Source: Candidatus Omnitrophota bacterium (lineage in GTDB: Bacteria; Omnitrophota; Gorgyraeia; Zapsychrales; JBAZNR01). Taken from it: 64,000 nucleotides of DNA. Location: assembly GCA_041649175.1 (NCBI GenBank), contig JBAZNR010000001.1, forward strand, positions 158,934 through 222,933, written 5' to 3'. The notes beneath the pieces were generated by a model. It ran no database searches. It had not been told where the DNA came from and saw only the letters and a list, made by a program, of their open reading frames with translations. The translations under genes were made by a program, and so were the position numbers. This document shows, piece after piece, positions 27,623-37,109 of this stretch (positions within the stretch are counted from its first letter, which is position 1; each line of letters opens with the position of its first letter).

Positions 27623-27700
27623 ATCACGTTCTCCTCTTCACGAAAAGATTTAAATGGCTCTCTACGGCTTCACGGCCATAGAACATCTTTATTCCTCGGT

Positions 27701-27815
27701 GAAATTCGCCGAAGCTATCCCGATTCGCATCCTGTGGCGAAATTCTTTTCAATAATTTCGCCACGCTCATCGGGATTCGCCTTATAAATCTACTGTCTTA
27801 CGACCGTAGATTTAT
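27701..27815. repeat. nested inverted repeats forming a compound structured element of about 115 nt between mlaD and the MscS gene
   Basis: 10-bp perfect stem ataaatctac/gtagatttat (27784-27815). Long imperfect hairpin atcccgat…tgtggcgaaatt / aatttcgccac…atcgggat (27717-27776). Confidence 0.4.
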
Positions 27816-27827
27816 AGCGAAGGCGAA

Positions 27828-28421
27828 CTAAAAAACTTTGAACAAATTTCCTTCGATGAGCCGCTCTTCAATGCGATTTAACAAACGCTTGGACGTCTTA
27901 GAAATATATTCTAACTCTTTACTGATAGAGTTGATCGTCTTTGAAGTTTCTGTCAGTGAAACAGCCGTATCGCCAAAAGATTCCGCCAAGTCTTGAACAT
28001 CTAAAGGGTCTTCGCCTAAGATCGGAGTGGAGAGATCAACGCTGGATGTCGCTTCATCAGTGCTCATATCAATCACTTTCCCGCCTAAAAGCCCTTCGGT
28101 CTTGATCGCAACGCGAGAACTTTTCTCCAATTGAGGCTTGTAACGCTTAAAGACATTAAGTGTCACCTGAACTCCTCGCCCTTGGATCTTTTCACTTAAG
28201 AAATCGATTTTCCAAACCGTTCCAACATTAACCCCTGATAAACGAATAGGAGCTCCGACGGATAAGCCACCCACTTCCCTAAAAAGGACCGTAATGGGAA
28301 AACGAGGCTGCGTAAAACCTTTTTCATTGCTGATGGCCCAGATCACCACAAAGATCAAAAAGATCCCTATGAAGAAAAATATCCCGGCATAAAATCTTTT
28401 TACAAAATCACGTTTATCCAT
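27828..28421 (-). CDS. mlaD: MlaD-like MCE-domain protein
   Basis: N-terminal TM then MCE domain 'ITVLFREVGGLSVGAPIRLSGVNVGTV'. Confidence 0.75.
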   Translation of the reverse strand: MDKRDFVKRFYAGIFFFIGIFLIFVVIWAISNEKGFTQPRFPITVLFREVGGLSVGAPIRLSGVNVGTVWKIDFLSEKIQGRGVQVTLNVFKRYKPQLEKSSRVAIKTEGLLGGKVIDMSTDEATSSVDLSTPILGEDPLDVQDLAESFGDTAVSLTETSKTINSISKELEYISKTSKRLLNRIEERLIEGNLFKVF

Positions 28422-28435
28422 TTAAGCCCTCCTGG

Positions 28436-29152
28436 TCAACTAAAGAATTTTCGCACGAACGGATCGGTTGAAGTTTCAAAATCATGTTTTGTTCCCACCA
28501 GCCAAAGACGCCCTTCATGAATTAAAGCCAGCCGGTCGGCAATACGAAACGAATTAATGATATCGTGCGAGGTGATCACGGTTGTTGCGTTAAGTTTTCT
28601 GCTTAAATCCAAAATAAGTTGAGAGATATCCTGACTGCGAATAGGGTCAAGCCCGGACGTCGGCTCGTCACAAAAAAGAATTTTTGAGTTAAGGATAACA
28701 CATCGGGCCAAAGCCGCTCTTTTTTTCATCCCGCCGCTTAACTCAACCGGATATTTTTCTTGGGCGTCTTCTAGCCCGACCAGCTTAAGTGTTTCCATAA
28801 CCCTGCTTCGGATTTCTTCTTCGCTTAACTCGGTATGTTCTTCCAAAGGGAAAGCAACGTTCTCAAAAATCGTCATAAAATCATATAGGGCCCCCTCTTG
28901 GAACAAATATCCGATCTCTTTGCGCACCTTAAGCAACTCTCGCTCGGAAAGCTGCGTAATGTCCGTTGCGTTGATCTCAACACTGCCTCGGTCGGGCCGG
29001 CGCAATCCAACGAGGTGTTGTAAAAAAACACTTTTCCCCGCCCCGCTTTCTCCTAAAATGACCAAGATCTCTCCCTCGCGAATTTCAAGGTCAATATCGC
29101 TTAAAATCGCTTCGCCGTTGATCTCTTTAGATAGACCCCGGATCCGGATCAA
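28436..29152 (-). CDS. mlaF: MlaF-like ABC transporter ATP-binding protein
   Basis: Walker A 'GESGAGKS', signature 'LSGGMKKRAALAR', Walker B 'LFCDEPTSGLD'. Confidence 0.85.
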   Translation of the reverse strand: MIRIRGLSKEINGEAILSDIDLEIREGEILVILGESGAGKSVFLQHLVGLRRPDRGSVEINATDITQLSERELLKVRKEIGYLFQEGALYDFMTIFENVAFPLEEHTELSEEEIRSRVMETLKLVGLEDAQEKYPVELSGGMKKRAALARCVILNSKILFCDEPTSGLDPIRSQDISQLILDLSRKLNATTVITSHDIINSFRIADRLALIHEGRLWLVGTKHDFETSTDPFVRKFFS

Positions 29153-29487
29153 TGCATATCCTTTTTTTCAAAAAATCTGAATTTATTCCTGCCGAATTTT
29201 GTATACAAACGGTTATATGGACGAACGTCGATCTTTTCGGCAAAAAATTCTGTTCCGCGGTATTCGCCGAGCTTATTCATTTCGGAATCCGTCAAAACCT
29301 CAACCTCATCGGTCGGAAACCATAACCCGTTCTCAAAATCAATGGGTTGGCCGTCTTTGATCCAGTCCGCTTCAGCCGATGGCGTATAAAATCCTTTTAG
29401 CTGAACCGAGGCGCCGCCGCAACCGGAAAAAATAGCTGCCGCCGCCAAAAGAATAAAAAAAATACTTTTCTCACCTGCCCGTTTCAC
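29149..29487 (-). CDS. small lipoprotein of unknown function inserted between mlaE and mlaF
   Basis: 'AAAAIFSGCGG' lipobox; 4-nt overlap with mlaF. Confidence 0.4.
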   Translation of the reverse strand: MKRAGEKSIFFILLAAAAIFSGCGGASVQLKGFYTPSAEADWIKDGQPIDFENGLWFPTDEVEVLTDSEMNKLGEYRGTEFFAEKIDVRPYNRLYTKFGRNKFRFFEKKDMH

Positions 29488-29515
29488 GCAAGCCTCCTTT
29501 GTAGGAACGTAAATA

Positions 29516-30283
29516 TTACCAAAGTGTTAAAATAATTTTTGTCAAGAATGCATTAGATAAAACCACCAAAATATAAGAAAAGGCAACGGCCTTGGTCGTA
29601 TATTTTCCTACACCCATAGAACCGCCCTTTGTGCTAAAACCTTGGTAGCAACAAATCCATCCGATCAGGATAGCAAAAAAGAATGTCTTCACAAACCCAC
29701 TAAAAAAATCAACATATCCGATGGCATCAATGGTACGATTGATATAAAAAGATCCCGGAATATTGGCTTCAAAGATCCCGACAAAATATCCTCCGGCAAT
29801 ACCAATGACTTCCGATAGGACAACAAGGATCGGCAGCACCAAAAAACAAGCGATCATTCGCGGAACAACTAAAAACTCGATCGGATCAACGCCTAAGGTG
29901 CGCGTTGCCAAAAGCTGGTCATTAACGCTCATGGTTCCCAGTTCAGCGGTGATGCGCGCTCCTGTTTTCCCCGAGAAAATGATCGCGCCAAAAACCGGGC
30001 TTAGCTCGCGCACTAAAGAAAGAGCCACTAATTGCGCCACATATTCCTTGGCGCCAAACCGATCCAGCATCATATAGCCCTGTATTGCCAAGACAGCGCC
30101 CGTCGCAAACGAAGTCAACGCAATAATGACGATCGACTGGATGCCTTGTTCGTAGATCTGCTTTAAAACCTCTCCTAAGCGAATTTTTCCTCTAAAAATA
30201 TTCCGCAAAACATCACCCAGAAAAAGCAACGCATCGCCTAGCCCGCAGATAAAACCAACGATATAATCAAGAATATAGCGCAT
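29516..30283 (-). CDS. mlaE: MlaE-like ABC transporter permease
   Basis: Five TM permease matching the MlaE/YrbE family pattern. Confidence 0.8.
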   Translation of the reverse strand: MRYILDYIVGFICGLGDALLFLGDVLRNIFRGKIRLGEVLKQIYEQGIQSIVIIALTSFATGAVLAIQGYMMLDRFGAKEYVAQLVALSLVRELSPVFGAIIFSGKTGARITAELGTMSVNDQLLATRTLGVDPIEFLVVPRMIACFLVLPILVVLSEVIGIAGGYFVGIFEANIPGSFYINRTIDAIGYVDFFSGFVKTFFFAILIGWICCYQGFSTKGGSMGVGKYTTKAVAFSYILVVLSNAFLTKIILTLW

Positions 30284-30320
30284 GGATCCTTATGATCTAA
30301 AAATTCTTAAAGTAAAAAAG

Positions 30321-30824
30321 TTACTGATCCTTTAACCAGATCTTTTCAAGCTCAGAAGTGATCTCATGTTCCAGCGTCTTTGAGATCGTTTTATTTTCTT
30401 CACGCTTGATACGGGCGGATTTATCTTCGTTGCCGTCCGCGTGCCGCGGCTTTACTTGCGCCACAAAATCTTTAACATTTAAAACATCAGCCCCTAATGC
30501 CCGTATCGAAAACCTTAATTCTTTATCATCCGTGACAACAATGATGTTTTTCTTGCGGGTTGCTGTCGAAAGGATACGCCTGATCCTGTCATCTGCCGTT
30601 TCACCTTGAGAAAAAACGATTTTTACGGATGTCGTGTTTTGTGCGGCCGATTCAAAAGGCCATCCGTCAAAAACGATCGTCACAATATTTTTTACACTGC
30701 CTTGCGGCCGAAAAATCTCGACAAAACGCGCCAGATCTCCCCGGGCACTTTTAAATTCTCTCGGAGCTAATGCCGGGAGCTGATGGACGATATTATAACC
30801 ATCGAGGATATATTGGAGCGCCAT
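30321..30824 (-). CDS. NYN-domain (PIN-like) RNase, YacP/Rae1-like
   Basis: 'YILDGYNIVHQLP…' N-terminus and about 165 aa length. Confidence 0.5.
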   Translation of the reverse strand: MALQYILDGYNIVHQLPALAPREFKSARGDLARFVEIFRPQGSVKNIVTIVFDGWPFESAAQNTTSVKIVFSQGETADDRIRRILSTATRKKNIIVVTDDKELRFSIRALGADVLNVKDFVAQVKPRHADGNEDKSARIKREENKTISKTLEHEITSELEKIWLKDQ

Positions 30825-30844
30825 GAATTATCATTTCACTTAAC

Positions 30845-31828
30845 TTACGGCGAAGCTGTTTCGGCGGTTTTCTTGATCAGTTCTTTGACCGGAGACTTGG
30901 TCGCCGCATAAACAATGCCGCCAAAAAGCCCCACAATGACCATGAATAAAAACGTCATTAAGCTAATGCTCACCGCTATTCCGGAACTGACACCAACCTT
31001 AGCCAATAAATACGCCGCCCCCGCTTCGCGCACGCCTAATCCACCTATCGATGGAAGAGTGGTGATCACGCAAATAATGGGTGTAAAAATAATGAAATAG
31101 ATCAAAAGAATGTCTTGGTGTAAAGCTTTTCCCAGAAAGAACGAAACGATCGCGGCTAAAACTTGCGCGAATCCCGACAAGGCCACAACCTTATAAAGCG
31201 CGGTTCGTTTATCTTTCAACAAAGCGATATCATAATGAAGATCCATCAAATTTTTCTGGATCTTAGGTAGCCGGCTGAAGATCCGGCATCCAAAAGAATA
31301 TATTTTCTCGTTAAATAAAACTGTCCCGACAAATACCGATACCGCCGCCATGGCAAAAATAGTAAGCGACAATGACCTGTCATCGATCAAATGCTGGCCG
31401 ATCATAAAAGAAACAATGGCGACCACAGCCATGCCGGCAAAACCGCTTAAACGATCCAGCAAAACTGATGCCACGACTTTGGCTTTCTCGTTACAATGTA
31501 CGCATAGGCCGATCGTCTTGATAACATCGCCACCGATAGCGCTCGGTAAAAATAAATTTCCAAAAAGGCCTATAAAGAAATAACGGAAAATATTTGTCAA
31601 AGAAACTTTAATATCCAAAGCCCTGATCAAAACCATCCACCGCACCAAAAGGACAAAATTGATCACAGCGAAGACCGCTCCGGCGCAAAGAATATACGTC
31701 AGGTCGGCTGTTTTAAATATTTCCCAAGTCGCAGAAATATCAATTTTTCGAAAGAGATAGATAAGCAAAGCGGCGCTTAAGCCAACACGCACCAAAAGTC
31801 CGAAGATATCTTTAAGTTTCTGTTTCAT
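30845..31828 (-). CDS. UPF0104 / YbhN-family flippase-like polytopic membrane protein
   Basis: 'LRWMVLIRAL…IGLFGNLFLPSAIGGDVIKT' family signature. Confidence 0.6.
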   Translation of the reverse strand: MKQKLKDIFGLLVRVGLSAALLIYLFRKIDISATWEIFKTADLTYILCAGAVFAVINFVLLVRWMVLIRALDIKVSLTNIFRYFFIGLFGNLFLPSAIGGDVIKTIGLCVHCNEKAKVVASVLLDRLSGFAGMAVVAIVSFMIGQHLIDDRSLSLTIFAMAAVSVFVGTVLFNEKIYSFGCRIFSRLPKIQKNLMDLHYDIALLKDKRTALYKVVALSGFAQVLAAIVSFFLGKALHQDILLIYFIIFTPIICVITTLPSIGGLGVREAGAAYLLAKVGVSSGIAVSISLMTFLFMVIVGLFGGIVYAATKSPVKELIKKTAETASP

Positions 31829-31831
31829 TTT

Positions 31832-32746
31832 TCAGCGAACCTGACTAAAGATTGTTTTCGCGCATTCATTATATCCTTCTTCAGCAATATAAGAACTACG
31901 CACCAAAGGAGCGCTTAGAACCGATTTAAACCCTAAAGATAATCCCATGGTTTTGAAAGCATTAAACTCTTCCGGCGAATAAAACCGTTCCACCTTTAAG
32001 TGGCGTTTAGATTTAGAAGGCGCGAGATATTGACCGATGGTTAAAATATCACAATCAACCGATCGTAAATCGCGCATAACGTCCTCAATTTCCTTTTCTT
32101 GTTCGCCAAGCCCTAACATAAAACTTGATTTGGTAAAAATTGTTTTATCTAAGGTTTTCAGGGATGCCAAAACATCCAAGGACCTTTGATATTGTGCTTG
32201 AGGCCTAACTTTCGGCGAGAGGCGTCTTACAGTTTCAATATTATGGCTCATCACTTCGGGATGGGCATCAGCCACAATTCTTAAAAGTTCAGCTTTTCCG
32301 GAGAAATCAGGAATAAGGACTTCCACCTTTGTAAGCGGCGTTAACTCTTTGATTTGACGGATAACATCCGCGAAATGTCCGGCCCCTTCATCCGCCAAAT
32401 CATCGCGGGCAACGGAGGTGATGACGGCATAGCGAAGGTTCATTTCTTTGACCGTCAAAGCCACATTGCAAGGTTCGTCTTTGTCGACTTTTTCCGGAAG
32501 GCCGGCAGCCACCGCGCAAAAACGGCAAGCCCGCGTGCAAATATTCCCTAAGATCATGAACGTTGCCACACCTTTGCCCCAGCATTTTCCTAAATTAGGA
32601 CAACGCGCGCTTTCACAAACCGTATGCAAACGGTCAGACCGAAATGATTCTTTCATCTCGCGGATCTTGGCTAGGTCGGGTAAATCCTGCTTAAACCAGG
32701 CGGGAAGTTTTTGAGAAGGCTCTTGGGTTAAGGTATCAGCGGGCAT
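31832..32746 (-). CDS. lipA: lipoyl synthase
   Basis: 'CESARCPNLGKCWG' and radical-SAM 'CTRACRFC'. Confidence 0.9.
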   Translation of the reverse strand: MPADTLTQEPSQKLPAWFKQDLPDLAKIREMKESFRSDRLHTVCESARCPNLGKCWGKGVATFMILGNICTRACRFCAVAAGLPEKVDKDEPCNVALTVKEMNLRYAVITSVARDDLADEGAGHFADVIRQIKELTPLTKVEVLIPDFSGKAELLRIVADAHPEVMSHNIETVRRLSPKVRPQAQYQRSLDVLASLKTLDKTIFTKSSFMLGLGEQEKEIEDVMRDLRSVDCDILTIGQYLAPSKSKRHLKVERFYSPEEFNAFKTMGLSLGFKSVLSAPLVRSSYIAEEGYNECAKTIFSQVR

Positions 32747-32754
32747 AAATCTGT

Positions 32755-33258
32755 TTATGTTTTTTGTACCTGACGGATGGCTTTCAGTTTTGGCCTTAAT
32801 TTGATCTTTGCGGCCAGATTGGCATAATCCGTTATGAGCTTGCCTTTAAGATGATCTGTTTCATGTAAAATAACACGAGCTAAAAGTTCATCGTACTCTT
32901 TACGGATGAGCTGATTATCTTCGTCAAGATGTTCGACTAAGATTTTCTTCGGACGCTTTACTTTAACGATAATGCCCGGAATGCTCAAACACCCTTCTTC
33001 CAGGACCTCTGAACCGCTTTTTTTTAGAATACGCGGATTAATGAAAGCGGCAGGGCCGTTACCGACATCCGCAACAAAGATTTGCTCATTAATTCCCACT
33101 TGCGGAGCGGCCAGTCCAACCCCTTTGTTCTGATGCATGGTTTCGATCATCGAGGCGATCAACATACGCTCGCCGGCATTCACACGCTTGACCACAGAAG
33201 ATTTCTTGCGCAAGCAAGGATCCCCGTAAATCCTAATTTTTAATTCTGTTTTTATCAT
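32755..33258 (-). CDS. def: peptide deformylase
   Basis: 'GVGLAAPQVG', 'EGCLSIPG', 'HETDHLKG'. Confidence 0.85.
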   Translation of the reverse strand: MIKTELKIRIYGDPCLRKKSSVVKRVNAGERMLIASMIETMHQNKGVGLAAPQVGINEQIFVADVGNGPAAFINPRILKKSGSEVLEEGCLSIPGIIVKVKRPKKILVEHLDEDNQLIRKEYDELLARVILHETDHLKGKLITDYANLAAKIKLRPKLKAIRQVQKT

Positions 33259-33583
33259 CCAGATGAACGATTTTTGTTTTTAAGCCCTTGGCTTCTTTTT
33301 CATCCACAAGCGCGTAACTTAAAATGATCAGCTCATCCCCCGCAAACCCAAAGCGTGCCGCCGGGCCGTTGAGACAAATTTCTCCCGTATTGGGCTTTCC
33401 GGCAATGGCATATGTTTCAATGCGAGAACCGTTATTCACGTTTAAAACCTCAACTTTTTCGCCTTCGATAATATCAACCGCCTTAAGAATAGCTGAATCA
33501 ACGGTAATACTTCCTTGGTAATAAAGTTGGGCTTCGGTCACTTTAGCATGAGCAATTTTTGACTTACAAAACGTAATGAACAT
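33233..33583 (-). CDS. panD: aspartate 1-decarboxylase
   Basis: 'KIAHAKVTEAQLYYQGSITVD…YAIAG…ICLNGPAA' (pyruvoyl-forming G-S site). Confidence 0.85.
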   Translation of the reverse strand: MFITFCKSKIAHAKVTEAQLYYQGSITVDSAILKAVDIIEGEKVEVLNVNNGSRIETYAIAGKPNTGEICLNGPAARFGFAGDELIILSYALVDEKEAKGLKTKIVHLDDKNRIKN

Positions 33584-33603
33584 GGTAACTCCTGATTATG
33601 ATC

Positions 33604-33927
33604 TTATTTAATGTTTTGATTAGCACGGCTCACCAGTTGGTCTTTGCTTAAAGCCCCGACGATCTGGTCGACCACTTTTCCTTCTTTAAAGAACATAAGC
33701 GTCGGGATAGACATGACGCCATATTTCATGGCTAAATTTTGAGCATCATCAATGTTGAGCTTGGCGACTTTGAGTTTTCCCGAGAATTCTTTCGCTACTT
33801 CATCAACAATGGGGCTGATCATACGGCAAGGCCCGCACCATTCAGCCCAAAAATCAACCAAAACAGGAACAGTTGATTTCAAAACTTCCTGGTCAAAATT
33901 TTTCTCATCCAAATGCAAAAGACTCAT
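33604..33927 (-). CDS. trxA: thioredoxin
   Basis: 'WAEWCGPCRMISP'. Confidence 0.9.
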   Translation of the reverse strand: MSLLHLDEKNFDQEVLKSTVPVLVDFWAEWCGPCRMISPIVDEVAKEFSGKLKVAKLNIDDAQNLAMKYGVMSIPTLMFFKEGKVVDQIVGALSKDQLVSRANQNIK

Positions 33928-34123
33928 TACATCTCCTCCTGTAGGTAATATAGTAACTAATACTACTAATTATGTGTGATTTAAGCCCATCAGCTTAAAA
34001 TCAAGAAAGTTGAGAGTGTATTATATACTGATTGGTCTTGCGCCGCAAGGATATTCACGGGCGAGAAACCCGGAAATATCAAGATGATGCCAATTAAGAA
34101 TCGCTTCTCTTAAAGACTTTCTA

Positions 34124-34639
34124 TCATTTTTCCGCAGGAAAAACGGTGATCTTGTCCCCGGTGATCTTCGCGTTTGGAACAATGATCCGCTTGCCATCCG
34201 ATGTCACAATGATCGTATTGAATATTTGGATCTCCTCAACAACTCCCAAAGCACCACCCGCTTCGACCGTACTGCCCACATGAAATGGCTGAAAAATGAT
34301 CAGCATAACTCCCGCAGCAAAGTTTGACAAAGAACCTTGCAAGGCCAAGCCAACCGCCAAGCCGGCGGCACCAAGAACCGCGATAAACGATGTTGTCTCA
34401 ACACCCAGTTTATTTAAGGCGGCAATAACGGCAAATGCCAGGATAATAAAGTACACCATGTCCTTAGCAAAGGTAACGAGTGTTCTATTGATCTTTGAGC
34501 GCGTCATGGATTTATCAACTATCTTAGATACGATCTGGGCCGCCCATTTTCCCAAAATGAAGATAACGACCGCCGCCAGCAAATTAATGCCATATTGAAT
34601 CAAATAACCGTAGATCTTATCCCAATTTTCTTGCATCAA
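34124..34639 (-). CDS. small MscS-family channel-like protein
   Basis: 'ALQGSLSNFAAGVMLIIFQPFHVGSTVE…GVVEEIQIFNTIIVTSDGKRIIVPN'. Confidence 0.55.
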   Translation of the reverse strand: MMQENWDKIYGYLIQYGINLLAAVVIFILGKWAAQIVSKIVDKSMTRSKINRTLVTFAKDMVYFIILAFAVIAALNKLGVETTSFIAVLGAAGLAVGLALQGSLSNFAAGVMLIIFQPFHVGSTVEAGGALGVVEEIQIFNTIIVTSDGKRIIVPNAKITGDKITVFPAEK

Positions 34640-36963
34640 TTCTCCTCCTCATTATTTTTATCAATAAAAAACCGATTATACGCTTGCAAACCCAAGTAAT
34701 ATTCGCACACAGGTTTCAAATCCCGATTAATAGGATAACTTTTAAGCAATAGCTCTACTCGGGCATGTTTATAATCTATCGGCTTCATATACTTCGTATT
34801 AACAACACTTTGAATGTCCTCCCGATATTCCAAAGGAAAAGCAGAAAGAATTTGTTGGTATCTTCTTTCATTTTTATTGAACGGCGCATTAGACGCTAAG
34901 CAAAAAGATCCATAGATCTTAATGTGATCAAAGACAGAGAATAAAGTTCCCAAGACCACGCGATATTCATTCATCCACAGCAAAAGAACACCGCCCGGCG
35001 CAAGGCGGTCTTTGATCAACTGCAAAAATTCCTGCGAATAAACATTATTGCTGTACGCAGTCGTTGTCCGGATAAGATTAATGAGAATAAGGTCATATTT
35101 TTCATCTGTCCTTAACAAAAATCTTCTTCCGTCATCAATGACCAGATGAATGCGCGGATCAGACAGCATCCTATCGAAGAAAGGTATTTTTATCAAATTC
35201 CGGATAAGCGCGCGATGGATCTCAACGACCGTGATCTTTTTGGCCTCAATACTTTTTCTAATTGCTTCGGTAATAGACCCCGTTCCATAACCAATGACGA
35301 GGATATTATCCATACGGGGCGCGAAACTAGCCGCTTCCATAGCTTCATAAAAAAACATATGGCTCGGATATCCTCCCTCGGAAGAACCATTGATATAATT
35401 TGCAATATATTTCCCCTGCTGCGCGGTCACCACCACCGCTCCCACATCTTCTTCGATCAAGACAGCCGAGGTGTTCGCGGACAAAGGATGCATTAATTCA
35501 TAAAGCTGAGTTTTCTTAGGAAAGAAGATGAAAAGAATGGTCAGAAGGATCAGCAGGCCTGATTTTTGTGCAAGGCGCATTTGCCAATTTGCGGAAGTTT
35601 TTATCCAAAATCCTAAAAGAATGCCGATACAGCAAAAGATGATCAAAGTTTGTTCCGTGCCCAAATACGCTAAAAGCAAAAACCCCGTAACAAGCCCGCC
35701 TAAAAGATTGCCGATCGTGTTAAAGAAATAGATGGTCCCGATCGTCTTGCCTTCTTTATTTTTCTCCGATAAACCCAAAAGAGAGATAAGAGGAAAGCTT
35801 GCCCCCATCAAAATCGTTGGAACTAGCACAAAAACGATCGGCCATAAGAAAACATCAATGAGAGAATACAAAAACCAAAAAAATGTTACCGGCCTAAGAA
35901 GGCTTTCCTGAAATGCCGCGATGGTCGGTAAAAAAGGATGCAGGTCATGCGCGAATGAGATCGTCGTCGCCCAGCGAAAATGGGTATTTTTTGTCAGATA
36001 AAAATACCCGATAAAAACGACCATAACAAATAAAGCGATAAAAAACTGCAGAAGAAAAAAAAGGCTGCGCTTGTCCGCACTTTTATGTTTATTTAAATGC
36101 CGGTTCATCCATAAACTTCCCAAAGCAATACCTAAAAGATAAACAGCCAGTACCGTTGAGAATGTATACGCAGACGCCTTAAGCGGGATCTTGATGACGC
36201 GAAACCAAATGATCTCATATCCGATCGCCAGAAATCCCGTAATAAATACCAATAAATACGCCATTTTTCCGAATAGAAAATCACTGCCTTGATCATCATG
36301 AGCTTGAGGCAGCTCTGCCGCGCGAACAGGCATAGACCTGGCAAGAAAGATCAACAAGGCCAAAATGCCGTTGATCGTAACGGCAACATAGATAGCGGTA
36401 TCCAAGCCAAAGAAAGAAATGATCACATAGCTCGCGCATAAAGCTCCAAAAGCCGCTCCGATCGTATTGATAAAATACAAGTGGCTGACCGTCTTAAAGA
36501 AATCCCGGACAAAGCTATTGAATATTTTTGTTAAAAGCGGAAGCGTCATTCCCATCAAAAACGTCGGGAGCGACAAAAACAAGAACATGTACGCAAACGA
36601 AAGCCAGTAATCGCTTCCGGCCGTGTGGCGGCCGAGAAAATCTAGGAAAGGAATGCTTAAAACCCCAAAACAGCCGATCAGTATCTCGATGATAAAATAA
36701 AAAGTGATCTTGTCTTTGATGCGCTCAGCGAGCACTCCGCCTAAAAGCGCTCCGCATCCTAATCCAAACATATAAACACTCACGATCAAAGCGGAAGAGA
36801 TCTCTCCAACCCCATAATAAAGCGTTAAAAGTCTTTGCCAAACCACCTGATAGATCAGTCCGGCAAATCCGGAGAAGAAAAAGACAAAAGAGAGCAATGA
36901 GCTGATATGGCGAGAATTCTGAAGCGAACTTGAAAGCGGATTTTTCTTAAAGAAGAAATTCAT
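34636..36963 (-). CDS. fusion of MFS-like polytopic membrane domain and C-terminal spermidine/spermine synthase-like domain
   Basis: About 500 aa with 12 or more TM, then 'ILVIGYGTGSITEAIRKS…VVEIHRAL…' resembling the aminopropyltransferase Rossmann fold. Confidence 0.55.
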   Translation of the reverse strand: MNFFFKKNPLSSSLQNSRHISSLLSFVFFFSGFAGLIYQVVWQRLLTLYYGVGEISSALIVSVYMFGLGCGALLGGVLAERIKDKITFYFIIEILIGCFGVLSIPFLDFLGRHTAGSDYWLSFAYMFLFLSLPTFLMGMTLPLLTKIFNSFVRDFFKTVSHLYFINTIGAAFGALCASYVIISFFGLDTAIYVAVTINGILALLIFLARSMPVRAAELPQAHDDQGSDFLFGKMAYLLVFITGFLAIGYEIIWFRVIKIPLKASAYTFSTVLAVYLLGIALGSLWMNRHLNKHKSADKRSLFFLLQFFIALFVMVVFIGYFYLTKNTHFRWATTISFAHDLHPFLPTIAAFQESLLRPVTFFWFLYSLIDVFLWPIVFVLVPTILMGASFPLISLLGLSEKNKEGKTIGTIYFFNTIGNLLGGLVTGFLLLAYLGTEQTLIIFCCIGILLGFWIKTSANWQMRLAQKSGLLILLTILFIFFPKKTQLYELMHPLSANTSAVLIEEDVGAVVVTAQQGKYIANYINGSSEGGYPSHMFFYEAMEAASFAPRMDNILVIGYGTGSITEAIRKSIEAKKITVVEIHRALIRNLIKIPFFDRMLSDPRIHLVIDDGRRFLLRTDEKYDLILINLIRTTTAYSNNVYSQEFLQLIKDRLAPGGVLLLWMNEYRVVLGTLFSVFDHIKIYGSFCLASNAPFNKNERRYQQILSAFPLEYREDIQSVVNTKYMKPIDYKHARVELLLKSYPINRDLKPVCEYYLGLQAYNRFFIDKNNEEEN

Positions 36964-37109
36964 TTTAATTTTTGGAACGTATTTTTGCGCTCAAGGATAT
37001 GGGACATTATACAGATAATGCTTCTTTACGGCAAATATTTTAGGAAATGCCAAAAGCCGATCTGCGCTTGTCTAAAAAGGAGTTTTGATCTATTAAGATT
37101 TAAAGACGA

